Notes: generated by a model not told the origin, from the sequence alone. A stretch of 64,000 bases of DNA from Auanema rhodensis (GCA_964057225.1 CAXKVF010000090.1:1-64000); one strand, 5' to 3'. Positions 45,001 to 55,068 are shown, numbered from the stretch's first letter. Numbers and translations are program-made.

Positions 45001-48000
45001 AGTCTAAAAACAAATTTTTATTGATATTGGTTCATGGTAACCATGACTTTGAAATTTACGTGAACTTTAATTTATACTAATTAAATGTACACGTGATGTG
45101 CACTTGGTATGTAACTCGCTTCACGTGAAAGATAAAGAGATGCGGTTTTCAAAATTAGATTCCCCATGTCCATATTAGTCTAAAAACAAATTTTTATTGA
45201 TATTGGTTCATGGTAACCATGACTTTGAAATTTACGTGAACTTTAATTTATGCTAATTAAATGTACACGTGATGTGCACTTGGTATGTAACTCGCTTCAC
45301 GTGAAAGATAAAGAGATGCGGTTTTCAAAATTAGATTCCCCATGTCCATATTAGTCTAAAAACAAATTTTTATTGATATTGGTTCATGGTAACCATGACT
45401 TTGAAATTTACGTGAACTTTAATTTATGCTAATTAAATGTACACGTGATGTGCACTTGGTATGTAACTCGCTTCACGTGAGAGATAAAGAGATGCGGTTT
45501 TCAAAATTAGATTCTCCATGTCCATATTAGTCTAAAAACAAATTTTTATTGATATTGGTTCATGGTAACCATGACTTTGAAATTTACGTGAACTTTAATT
45601 TATGCTAATTAAATGTACACGTGATGTGCACTTGGTATGTAACTCGCTTCACGTGAAAGATAAAGAGATGCGGTTTTCAAAATTAGATTCTCCATGTCCA
45701 TATTAGTCTAAAAACAAATTTTTATTGATATTGGTTCATGGTAACCATGACTTTGAAATTTACGTGAACTTTAATTTATGCTAATTAAATGTACACGTGA
45801 TGTGCACTTGGTATGTAACTCGCTTCACGTGAAAGATAAAGAGATGCGGTTTTCAAAATTAGATTCCCCATGTCCATATTAGTCTAAAAACAAATTTTTA
45901 TTGATATTGGTGCATGGTAACCATGACTTTGAAATTTACGTGAACTTTAATTTATGCTAATTAAATGTACACGTGATGTGCACTTGGTATGTAACTCGCT
46001 TCACGTGAAAGATAAAGAGATGCGGTTTTCAAAATTAGATTACCCATGTCCATATTAGTCTAAAAACAAATTTTTATTGATATTGGTTCATGGTAACCAT
46101 GACTTTGAAATTTACGTGAACTTTAATTTATGCTAATTAAATGTACACGTGATGTGCACTTGGTATGTAACTCGCTTCACGTGAAAGATAAAGAGATGCG
46201 GTTTTCAAAATTAGATTCCCCATGTCCATTTTAGTCTAAAAACAAATTTTTATTGATATTGGTTCATGGTAACCATGACTTTGAAATTTACGTGAACTTT
46301 AATTTATGCTAATTAAATGTACACGTGATGTGCACTTGGTATGTAACTCGCTTCACGTGAAAGATAAAGAGATGCGGTTTTCAAAATTAGATTCCCCATG
46401 TCCATATTAGTCTAAAAACAACTTTTTATTGATATTGGTGCATGGTAACCATGACTTTGAAATTTACGTGAACTTCAATTTATGCTAATTAAATGTACAC
46501 GTGATGTGCACTTGGTATGTAACTCGCTTCACGTGAAAGATAAAGAGATGCGGTTTTCAAAATTAGATTCCCCATGTCCATATTAGTCTAAAAACAAATT
46601 TTTATTGATATTGGTGCATGGTAACCATGACTTTGAATTTTACGTGAACTTTAATTTATGCTAATTAAATGTACACGTGATGTGCACTTGGTATGTAACT
46701 CGCTTCACGTGAAAGATAAAGAGATGCGGTTTTCAAAATTAGATTCCCCATGTCCATATTAGTCTAAAAACAAATTTTTATTGATATTGGTGCATGGTAA
46801 CCATGACTTTGAAATTTACGTGAACTTTAATTTATGCTAATTAAATGTACACGTGATGTGCACTTGGTATGTAACTCGCTTCACGTGAAAGATAAAGAGA
46901 TGCGGTTTTCAAAATTAGATTACCCATGTCCATATTAGTCTAAAAACAAATTTTTATTGATATTGGTTCATGGTAACCATGACTTTGAAATTTACGTGAA
47001 CTTTAATTTATGCTAATTAAATGTACACGTGATGTGCACTTGGTATGTAACTCGCTTCACGTGAAAGATAAAGAGATGCGGTTTTCAAAATTAGATTACC
47101 CATGTCCATATTAGTCTAAAAACAAATTTTTATTGATATTGGTTCATGGTAACCATGACTTTGAAATTTACGTGAACTTTAATTTATGCTAATTAAATGT
47201 ACACGTGATGTGCACTTGGTATGTAACTCGCTTCACGTGAAAGATAAAGAGATGCGGTTTTCAAAATTAGATTCCCCATGTCCATATTAGTCTAAAAACA
47301 AATTTTTATTGATATTGGTTCATGGTAACCATGACTTTGAAATTTACGTGAACTTTAATTTATGCTAATTAAATGTACACGTGATGTGCACTTGGTATGT
47401 AACTCGCTTCACGTGAAAGATAAAGAGATGCGGTTTTCAAAATTAGATTCTCCATGTCCATATTAGTCTAAAAACAAATTTTTATTGATATTGGTTCATG
47501 GTAACCATGACTTTGAAATTTACGTGAACTTTAATTTATGCTAATTAAATGTACACGTGATGTGCACTTGGTATGTAACTCGCTTCACGTGAAAGATAAA
47601 GAGATGCGGTTTTCAAAATTAGATTCCCCATGTCCATATTAGTCTAAAAACAAATTTTTATTGATATTGGTTCATGGTAACCATGACTTTGAAATTTACG
47701 TGAACTTTAATTTATGCTAATTAAATGTACACGTGATGTGCACTTGGTATGTAACTCGCTTCACGTGAAAGATAAAGAGATGCGGTTTTCAAAATTAGAT
47801 TCCCCATGTCCATATTAGTCTAAAAACAAATTTTTATTGATATTGGGTCATGGTAACCATGACTTTGAAATTTACGTGAACTTTAATTTATACTAATTAA
47901 ATGTACACGTGATGTGCACTTGGTATGTAACTCGCTTCACGTGAAAGATAAAGAGATGCGGTTTTCAAAATTAGATTCCCCATGTCCATATTAGTCTAAA

Positions 48001-50198
48001 AACAAATTTTTATTGATATTGGTTCATGGTAACCATGACTTTGAAATTTACGTGAACTTTAATTTATGCTAATTAAATGTACACGTGATGTGCACTTGGT
48101 ATGTAACTCGCTTCACGTGAAAGATAAAGAGATGCGGTTTTCAAAATTAGATTCCCCATGTCCATATTAGTCTAAAAACAAATTTTTATTGATATTGGTT
48201 CATGGTAACCATGACTTTGAAATTTACGTGAACTTTAATTTATGCTAATTAAATGTACACGTGATGTGCACTTGGTATGTAACTCGCTTCACGTGAAAGA
48301 TAAAGAGATGCGGTTTTCAAAATTAGATTCTCCATGTCCATATTAGTCTAAAAACAAATTTTTATTGATATTGGTTCATGGTAACCATGACTTTGAAATT
48401 TACGTGAACTTTAATTTATGCTAATTAAATGTACACGTGATGTGCACTTGGTATGTAACTCGCTTCACGTGAAAGATAAAGAGATGCGGTTTTCAAAATT
48501 AGATTCTCCATGTCCATATTAGTCTAAAAACAAATTTTTATTGATATTGGTTCATGGTAACCATGACTTTGAAATTTACGTGAACTTTAATTTATGCTAA
48601 TTAAATGTACACGTGATGTGCACTTGGTATGTAACTCGCTTCACGTGAAAGATAAAGAGATGCGGTTTTCAAAATTAGATTCCCCATGTCCATATTAGTC
48701 TAAAAACAAATTTTTATTGATATTGGTGCATGGTAACCATGACTTTGAAATTTACGTGAACTTTAATTTATGCTAATTAAATGTACACGTGATGTGCACT
48801 TGGTATGTAACTCGCTTCACGTGAAAGATAAAGAGATGCGGTTTTCAAAATTAGATTCCCCATGTCCATATTAGTCTAAAAACAAATTTTTATTGATATT
48901 GGTTCATGGTAACCATGACTTTGAAATTTACGTGAACTTTAATTTATGCTAATTAAATGTACACGTGATGTGCACTTGGTATGTAACTCGCTTCACGTGA
49001 AAGATAAAGAGATGCGGTTTTCAAAATTAGATTCTCCATGTCCATATTAGTCTAAAAACAAATTTTTATTGATATTGGTTCATGGTAACCATGACTTTGA
49101 AATTTACGTGAACTTTAATTTATGCTAATTAAATGTACACGTGATGTGCACTTGGTATGTAACTCGCTTCACGTGAAAGATAAAGAGATGCGGTTTTCAA
49201 AATTAGATTCTCCATGTCCATATTAGTCTAAAAACAAATTTTTATTGATATTGGTTCATGGTAACCATGACTTTGAAATTTACGTGAACTTTAATTTATG
49301 CTAATTAAATGTACACGTGATGTGCACTTGGTATGTAACTCGCTTCACGTGAAAGATAAAAAGATGCGGTTTTCAAAATTAGATTCCCCATGTCCATATT
49401 AGTCTAAAAACAAATTTTTATTGATATTGGTGCATGGTAACCATGACTTTGAAATTTACGTGAACTTTAATTTATGCTAATTAAATGTACACTTGATGTG
49501 CACTTGGTATGTAACTCGCTTCACGTGAAAGATAAAGAGATGCGGTTTTCAAAATTAGATTCCCCATGTCCATATTAGTCTAAAAACAAATTTTTATTGA
49601 TATTGGTTCATGGTAACCATGACTTTGAAATTTACGTGAACTTTAATTTATGCTAATTAAATGTACACGTGATGTGCACTTGGTATGTAACTCGCTTCAC
49701 GTAAAAGATAAAGAGATGCGGTTTTCAAAATTAGATTCCCCATGTCCATATTAGTCTAAAAACAAATTTTTATTGATATTGGTGCATGGTAACCATGACT
49801 TTGAAATTTACGTGAACTTTAATTTATGCTAATTAAATGTACACGTGATGTGCACTTGGTATGTAACTCGCTTCACGTGAAAGATAAAGAGATGCGGTTT
49901 TCAAAATTAGATTACCCATGTCCATATTAGTCTTAAAACAAATTTTTATTGATATTGGTTCATGGTAACCATGACTTTGAAATTTACGTGAACTTTAATT
50001 TATGCTAATTAAATGTACACGTGATGTGCACTTGGTATGTAACTCGCTTCACGTGAAAGATAAAGAGATGCGGTTTTCAAAATTAGATTCCCCATGTCCA
50101 TATTAGTCTAAAAACAAATTTTTATCGATATTGGTGCATGGTAACCATGACTTTGAAATTTACGTGAACTTTAATTTATGCTAATTAAATGTACACGT
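1..50198. repeat. 176-bp AT-rich tandem satellite array, left arm (~285 monomers)
   Basis: Monomer CTTTGAAATTTACGTGAACTTTAATTTATGCTAATTAAATGTACACGTGATGTGCACTTGGTATGTAACTCGCTTCACGTGAAAGATAAAGAGATGCGGTTTTCAAAATTAGATTCCCCATGTCCATATTAGTCTAAAAACAAATTTTTATTGATATTGGT(G/T)CATGGTAACCATGA, for example 2641-2816 with the next copy at 2817. Head-to-tail, usually only a few substitutions per monomer, and no ORF-track call lies wholly within it. Confidence 0.99.
50194..50198 (+). other. Target-site duplication, left copy (CACGT, up to 5 bp)
   Basis: Left junction reads GTA-CACGT|TTGAACGG and right junction reads GAGGT|CACGT-GATGTG. The copies are 4870 bp apart. Some bases may be element/target microhomology. 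Confidence 0.75.
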
Positions 50199-50688
50199 TT
50201 GAACGGGTTTATTGTTCGAATCACAGGTTAAGAGCGGAAATAGTGTTAATAAATAGAGAAAATTAAAGATATACAGAAGAACCTTACAATACAAACATAC
50301 ATAATAATAATTGGCTTGATATATGTAAAGAAACGAGTCGTGTATATTTCTTTTTATTATGATAGCGTACAGCACTACTGGTGTGTTAAAGTTTCGAAGT
50401 TCTAGTTAGGTAGAGGAGAGAAAATTTGTTCAGTGTAGATCACTGACCTCTGTATTATTCTGACAGGTGCGGTGGAACCCTTGACATGAGTCGAGCCCGT
50501 TCTGACAGTAAGAGGTAACTAACGCTTGATCCATATGACTAATGTCTATAGGATTCGGAGCATAGTAACAGGTCTCGGAGGTTAACTAGGAAACTGTCTA
50601 ACTATAACATACAGTGAGGCTAGGAGGCTAGTAATAGGGAAAAAAAAATATACATGAGAGGATTTCAAGTTACATTAATCAGAGCAGG
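50199..50688 (-). other. LINE 3' UTR (490 bp)
   Basis: Lies between the ORF2 stop and the satellite junction. The sense strand ends ...TTCGAACAATAAACCCGTTCAA. Confidence 0.85.
50208..50213 (-). terminator. AATAAA polyadenylation-type signal at the element 3' end
   Basis: Plus-strand TTTATT at 50208-50213, 9 bp from the junction. Confidence 0.65.
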
Positions 50689-53544
50689 TTAAAAATCATT
50701 TAAAATAACAGATAGGTGTTTTCTGAAGCTGGAGGTTTTTCTCAGTTGAATGATGTTTTCAGGAAGAGCGTTCCAGATTTGAATAGCTCTGTATTCAATT
50801 CCAGTTCTTGTTTCGCTTCTCCAAAGATCAGGATATTCAACATTCCATAGGTGCCTACGAAGTGAATGTGCGTAGTGCTTGATAGTAAAAAAATTAAGGC
50901 TGTTTTCTGGAATGTTTTTAGTTATCTGATTGTGATAGAAGACGAGATCAATTAATAGTCTTCTAAAAGAAAGTTCCTTAGCTCCAAGAAACAATAGCTG
51001 GTTTTTGTAATCCAAAGCTATTTCGGCTCTCTTGAAAATAGCGTTTAAGAACTTTTTTTGCACGGACTCAATGCGTGCTTTATCCTTGTTATTTTGAGGA
51101 GACCATACAACTGAGGCATATTCTAAAATAGGCCTGATATAGCAGCAAAACAGTTTAAACATCAAGGTTGGTGATCTAGAGTAAAAACAACGCAAGATAA
51201 CACGACATTTGTGAGCAGCGATGTTAGAGATTCTATTTATATGGCTATTGAAAGAAAGATTATAGTCAGTACATACACCAAGATCTTTGTATGTTGTTAC
51301 TGTGGCTAACGAGATGTTGCCAAATTTGAAAATTGTGTTTAATCTTGATGTAGTAGTGCTAGATATAATCATAACTTTAGATTTAGTAGTATTTACCTTC
51401 ATACCGTTTAATAGACACCAGTTTTTCAGATTATCCAAGGCCAATTGTAAACTTACAGGATTAGTGCTGCTTAGTTTGAGATCATCCGCATAGAGAGTTG
51501 GATGCACGTCAACGGGTAAGTTTGATGTGATGTCATTTATGTAAAATAAGAAAAGAAGTGGACCCAGAACTGTCCCTTGTGGAACTCCACAGGGCAAACG
51601 ATTTTTGGCGGATAGAGAATAATTAACCAATACCGAGAAGGATCTATTAGTAATGAAATTTTTGAGAAAAGAGTGAATACAGCCGTCGATACCAATTGAT
51701 TTTAGTTTAGTTAAAAGAACAGAATGATTTATAAGATCGAAAGCCTTGGAGAAGTCAATGAAGGCAACATAAACAGGTCTTTTCTTGTCCACTGAAGATC
51801 TCCAGAGTACATGACTACTAAGAATTGCCGATACAGTATTGCGTTTTGGAAGAAAAGCAAACTGATTAGGTGCAATACAGCCAGAGGAAATACCAAAATC
51901 AAGAAGAGGTGAACGGAGAAGACGTTCAAAAACTTTAGACAGACTGGATGTGAGAGAAATAGGACGATAATTAACCGGGTTTGAAGAAAGCCCTGATTTG
52001 AGAACAGGACGAATCCATGCTGTTTTCCAGTCAGCAGGGCAAGAGGAGGAAATAAGAAGATTGTGAAAGACAAAGGCTAGAGGCTGAGAAATAGTAGAAG
52101 CACAATTTTTTAGGAAAAAATAAGGGATTCCGTCAGGAGAGGTTGATACCCGGAGAGGTAACTGACAGAGAATTTTGTAGACGTTGAGAGGGGACACATC
52201 AATAAAATCGATGATACCAGAAGAAGGGAAAAGAGGAGCATGTGCTGAAGAGATAGGAAGAGGGTGAACAGAGAAGGTACTGGCAAAGATAGAAGCTTTG
52301 TCAGAATCAGACGAGACAGAATTATTATCTATTTTGAGATCAGGGATATCTGAAGTGTTGCCGCCCAGACGAGTTCTGCAGAAACGGTAAAAAAGTTTTG
52401 AATTTTTATAGTTAGCAATACGTTCCTCTTCAGAAGCCAATCTATTCTTGATGAGTTTATCAAGAGAAAGAGATAGTTTTTTACGGCGGAATTCATCATG
52501 ATGATGATAAGAGGAACTAAGTTTGTTTATGTGAGAAGAGAGTTTTAAGATATCTCGGTCAATCTTCTTTTTTCTTCTTTCTTGTTTCCTGGGTACGCAG
52601 CAATCGATGACCGAGTGGAGGATGTGAATAAATTTGGAATAAGAGTCTAAAGGAGTGAGACCTGAAAGATGACTAGCAAAATCAATGTTGGCTAGTCTAT
52701 GGTTGATGAGGTTGTAATCGGCAGCTTGAAAATTACGATCAGAAAACATAGGAAGTGTTGCTGGGGAAGAAATATCGGAAGGGTTGATTGTAGTAGCTAG
52801 CTGAAAAGTGTCTGAAACAATATGGAAGACGACAGAATGATGATCCGAAGAACCGAGGGGAGAAGAACGAGCTATGTTGACTACACTAGATATGTTATCC
52901 GTGATAACATAATCGAGAATGTTCTTGCCTCTGGTAGGGAACTTTACTAACTGATAGGAACAGCAGTCATTGAGAAATTGAAGAATAGATTTACCAGAGG
53001 AGCAAGGTTGTGAGCAAATACCGAGATCCCAATTGATTTTGGGGAAATTAAGATCGCCTGTTAGAAAGAACGATCGTCTAGAAATTTGTTTACGAAGATC
53101 AGAAAGAAAAAGAATAAAGTCTGAATGAGACGCTGTTGGAGGACGATAACAAAGTGAAAAAACAGCATTGAGTGAAGGAATGAGTAAGTTAATGAATTGT
53201 ATGGAAGATTGAGGGGAAGAGCAGGAAAGGAGACAGACTTTGACATGACTTTTCACATAGAGGACAACGCCACCACCACGTGAAAGACACCTATCGGCTC
53301 TAAAAATAGAGTAAGTATCTTTGCACGGGAGTAGGTAGGAATCGAACTCTCGAAAAAGCCAAGATTCCGATATAGCAATTATATCAGGAGAGGATAGGGA
53401 AATAACGTGAGATAGTGAATGAAGTTTGTTTAGGATAGATCGTGCATTAAAACACTGAACTGAGAAGCTGGTAGGGTTAGCAGAGACAAGAGGGGTTGAG
53501 GACGAGACATTGTTAACGAAAGGACATTTTGTCAGACGCGACAC
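50689..53544 (-). CDS. LINE ORF2: apurinic-like endonuclease + reverse transcriptase (no AUG start; probably expressed as a +1 frameshift fusion from 53517)
   Basis: APE motifs: FNARS, ISESWL, RADR..RGGGV, YRPP, GDLNFP, ILDYVIT, SDH (52840-52848). RT motifs: NYRPISLTS, FIDFSKAFD, GVPQGTVLGPLLFLFYIND, YADD (51481-51492), KDLGV. The frame is uninterrupted to TAA at 50689-50691. The track start at 53544 is GTG, the frame opens at 53559, and the first true Met (LPMFS) lies after the endonuclease domain. Confidence 0.96.
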   Translation of the reverse strand: MSRLTKCPFVNNVSSSTPLVSANPTSFSVQCFNARSILNKLHSLSHVISLSSPDIIAISESWLFREFDSYLLPCKDTYSIFRADRCLSRGGGVVLYVKSHVKVCLLSCSSPQSSIQFINLLIPSLNAVFSLCYRPPTASHSDFILFLSDLRKQISRRSFFLTGDLNFPKINWDLGICSQPCSSGKSILQFLNDCCSYQLVKFPTRGKNILDYVITDNISSVVNIARSSPLGSSDHHSVVFHIVSDTFQLATTINPSDISSPATLPMFSDRNFQAADYNLINHRLANIDFASHLSGLTPLDSYSKFIHILHSVIDCCVPRKQERRKKKIDRDILKLSSHINKLSSSYHHHDEFRRKKLSLSLDKLIKNRLASEEERIANYKNSKLFYRFCRTRLGGNTSDIPDLKIDNNSVSSDSDKASIFASTFSVHPLPISSAHAPLFPSSGIIDFIDVSPLNVYKILCQLPLRVSTSPDGIPYFFLKNCASTISQPLAFVFHNLLISSSCPADWKTAWIRPVLKSGLSSNPVNYRPISLTSSLSKVFERLLRSPLLDFGISSGCIAPNQFAFLPKRNTVSAILSSHVLWRSSVDKKRPVYVAFIDFSKAFDLINHSVLLTKLKSIGIDGCIHSFLKNFITNRSFSVLVNYSLSAKNRLPCGVPQGTVLGPLLFLFYINDITSNLPVDVHPTLYADDLKLSSTNPVSLQLALDNLKNWCLLNGMKVNTTKSKVMIISSTTTSRLNTIFKFGNISLATVTTYKDLGVCTDYNLSFNSHINRISNIAAHKCRVILRCFYSRSPTLMFKLFCCYIRPILEYASVVWSPQNNKDKARIESVQKKFLNAIFKRAEIALDYKNQLLFLGAKELSFRRLLIDLVFYHNQITKNIPENSLNFFTIKHYAHSLRRHLWNVEYPDLWRSETRTGIEYRAIQIWNALPENIIQLRKTSSFRKHLSVILNDF
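53513..53524 (-). promoter_or_regulatory. Putative +1 programmed ribosomal frameshift site, UCC_UUU_CGU followed by UAA
   Basis: The last ORF1 codons read ATG TCC TTT CGT TAA. A slip from UUU to UUC enters ORF2 (TTC GTT AAC AAT GTC = F-V-N-N-V). The motif and frame are identical to the influenza A PA-X shift site. Confidence 0.72.
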
Positions 53545-54580
53545 GTTGAGATGCAGGGTTCATGCTAACAGACCTGGTTATTTGATCTGAGGTTAACTTT
53601 GCAGATCGTGGTGGATTTTTGCGTCGTCTTGGGCTAACAGAAGAACGCTTATCTTTCGACGTGCGATTCTGTCTATCCTTCGATCGGCTTAGTCTACCAG
53701 ATTTACAAGGGGGGCTAGAGAAAAGAATTGGAGACGCAAGTGTTTGAGAGTGTGGTGTTAATAAAGGAGCAGTGTGAAGGCTTGGAGATTTGGGAGTTTG
53801 GTTACAAGCAGGGACAGGAGCTATTTGGGAATTTGGAGAATCGGTAGAATTACGGAAAACTTCAATGAGTCGGAGATCTCGTACCAAAAAGACGGACTTA
53901 GTGTTGTTTTTATTTTTTTCTTTAGCTTCCTCACGAAGATTCTTTTCCAGTTGAATTTCAAAAGGAAGATAGTCGCGACGTATGAAAGTTTTAGATAAAG
54001 ATTCAAAACATTTAGTTTTATTCGTTTTGATAGATGTCATAATTTTATCCCGCAATTCAACCGATGGACACGTGATGATGAGTGGACCGGGAGATTTAGA
54101 TTTGAGGATACAGCGTGCAATAGTTATTTGATTAGTGTTGATCAGACTAGACAAAGTAGCGTCGTTGGATTTTTCAATGACCAGTTTAAGTAAAGAAGTA
54201 GGGTCAGAAGGTAAATCCGAGGAAGAGACCGGTACACGGAACCAGAGTGCTCTCTTACATCGATAGTCATACTTTGTCTCTTCTGATCTAATTTTTTGAA
54301 TTTGACATGCAACATTGGAGGAAGAGAGCAAAGAGGGTGAATTTAAGAGTGTGTTAGTACTGGTGAGAGAAAGTTGAGCTAACTTTTTCTCTAACTTTTC
54401 GAAACGAGATTTGAAATCGGTTTCTATAAAAGTTATACGGGAGTCATGCTTTGCAACTGCGGTTTTAATACTACTGAGCTCATTTTTTATTTGTACTGAT
54501 AATTCAGCAAAAGAATTATGTAGGGAGTCAGAAAGTGATTCGAGAGCAGTAGTAAGAAACTCGTTAGTTACGGGAGACAT
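53513..54580 (-). CDS. LINE ORF1 protein, 355 aa (coiled coil, RRM-like/CTD region, Ser/Pro/Arg-rich basic tail)
   Basis: The first ATG of the frame is at 54580-54578 (MSPVTNEF), stop TAA at 53515-53513. Heptad-like N-terminus (LESLSDSL...FEKLEKKLAQL). Segments KRALWFRVP, PGPLIITCPSVELRDKIM and FIRRDYLPFEIQLEKNLREEAKEKN...FLVRDLRL resemble LINE ORF1 RRM/CTD regions by recall only. Lies directly upstream of ORF2. Confidence 0.88.
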   Translation of the reverse strand: MSPVTNEFLTTALESLSDSLHNSFAELSVQIKNELSSIKTAVAKHDSRITFIETDFKSRFEKLEKKLAQLSLTSTNTLLNSPSLLSSSNVACQIQKIRSEETKYDYRCKRALWFRVPVSSSDLPSDPTSLLKLVIEKSNDATLSSLINTNQITIARCILKSKSPGPLIITCPSVELRDKIMTSIKTNKTKCFESLSKTFIRRDYLPFEIQLEKNLREEAKEKNKNNTKSVFLVRDLRLIEVFRNSTDSPNSQIAPVPACNQTPKSPSLHTAPLLTPHSQTLASPILFSSPPCKSGRLSRSKDRQNRTSKDKRSSVSPRRRKNPPRSAKLTSDQITRSVSMNPASQRVASDKMSFR

Positions 54581-54772
54581 AGTTAAGTAAAAGAGCAGAG
54601 AAAATGAAAAAAAAATATATGAAATAACAGGAAGAAAAGAAAAAGAGAAGAAGAAAGTTGAAGAAAGATAAAAGAAGAGAAGAAAAAAAAAAAAAAAAGA
54701 GAGCGTACCTTGCAAAACCAGTCCGGCGTTATGGGATACAGAGAGACACGAGCAGGAGTCGACCAACCAAGG
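54581..54772 (-). other. LINE 5' UTR unique part, with a ~120-nt polypyrimidine tract including T16
   Basis: The plus strand is almost all A/G from about 54590 to 54702, with an A16 run at 54683-54698. No sense-strand ATG before 54580. Confidence 0.8.
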
Positions 54773-55065
54773 TGAGGTCAAATCGCGGAAATGAGGTCAA
54801 ATCGCGGAAATGAGGTCAAATCGCGGAAATGAGGTCAAATCGCGGAAATGAGGTCAAATCGCGGAAATGAGGTCAAATCGCGGAAATGAGGTCAAATCGC
54901 GGAAATGAGGTCAAATCGCGGAAATGAGGTCAAATCGCGGAAATGAGGTCAAATCGCGGAAATGAGGTCAAATCGCGGAAATGAGGTCAAATCGCGGAAA
55001 TGTGGTCAAATCGCGGAAATGAGGTCAAATCGCGGAAATGAGGTCAAATCGCGGAAATGAGGTCA
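54773..55065 (-). repeat. 19-bp minisatellite at the 5' end of the LINE: (TGACCTCATTTCCGCGATT)x15 + TGACCTCA
   Basis: Plus-strand unit AATCGCGGAAATGAGGTCA from 54781 to 55065 is 285 bp = 15 units, preceded by TGAGGTCA at 54773-54780. One substitution seen (A>T at 55003). Confidence 0.97.
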
Positions 55066-55068
55066 CGT
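55064..55068 (+). other. Target-site duplication, right copy (CACGT; CA is shared with the end of the 19-bp unit)
   Basis: The unit ends GAGGTCA, so CA can be assigned to either the element or the target. The duplication is therefore 3-5 bp. Confidence 0.75.

Larger units (their letters stand above)
50199..55063 (-). mobile_element. Apparently full-length non-LTR retrotransposon (LINE), CR1-like clade, ~4.87 kb
   Basis: Unique sequence between two satellite arms. In sense order it has a 19-bp tandem array, a pyrimidine-rich 5' UTR, ORF1, ORF2 (APE + RT, no evident RNase H or C-terminal zinc knuckle) and a 490-bp 3' UTR with AATAAA. CACGT flanks both sides. No LTRs or TIRs. The clade call rests on motif style, not on a phylogeny. 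Confidence 0.95.

Noticed and set aside
50181-50375. 64-aa minus-strand ORF
   Set aside because: Low-complexity translation of the AT-rich 3' UTR that runs across the junction into the satellite, with a non-ATG start.
53430-53510. ATG 2 nt after the ORF1 stop (TAA-CA-ATG) as a re-initiation start for ORF2
   Set aside because: It is in the third frame and closes after 26 codons. It could start ORF2 only if this copy carries a 1-bp indel, so it is kept only as the alternative to the frameshift model.
53541-53549. ACACGTTGA inside the element resembling the left junction ACACGTTTGA
   Set aside because: Short match within coding sequence, expected by chance.
51287-54006. Short ORFs 51287-51493, 51729-52073, 53061-53246, 53774-53998 and 53821-54006
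   Set aside because: They are nested in alternative or antisense frames of ORF1/ORF2 and have no recognisable motifs.
54581-54781. 67-aa N-terminal extension of ORF1 in the ORF track (poly-Phe)
   Set aside because: It starts at a TTG in the last 19-bp unit and is just the translation of the polypyrimidine UTR. The first ATG is at 54580.
54773-55065. CRISPR-like or telomeric interpretation of the 19-bp array
   Set aside because: There are no spacers and no cas genes, the context is eukaryotic, and the array is internal and matches no telomere repeat I recognise.
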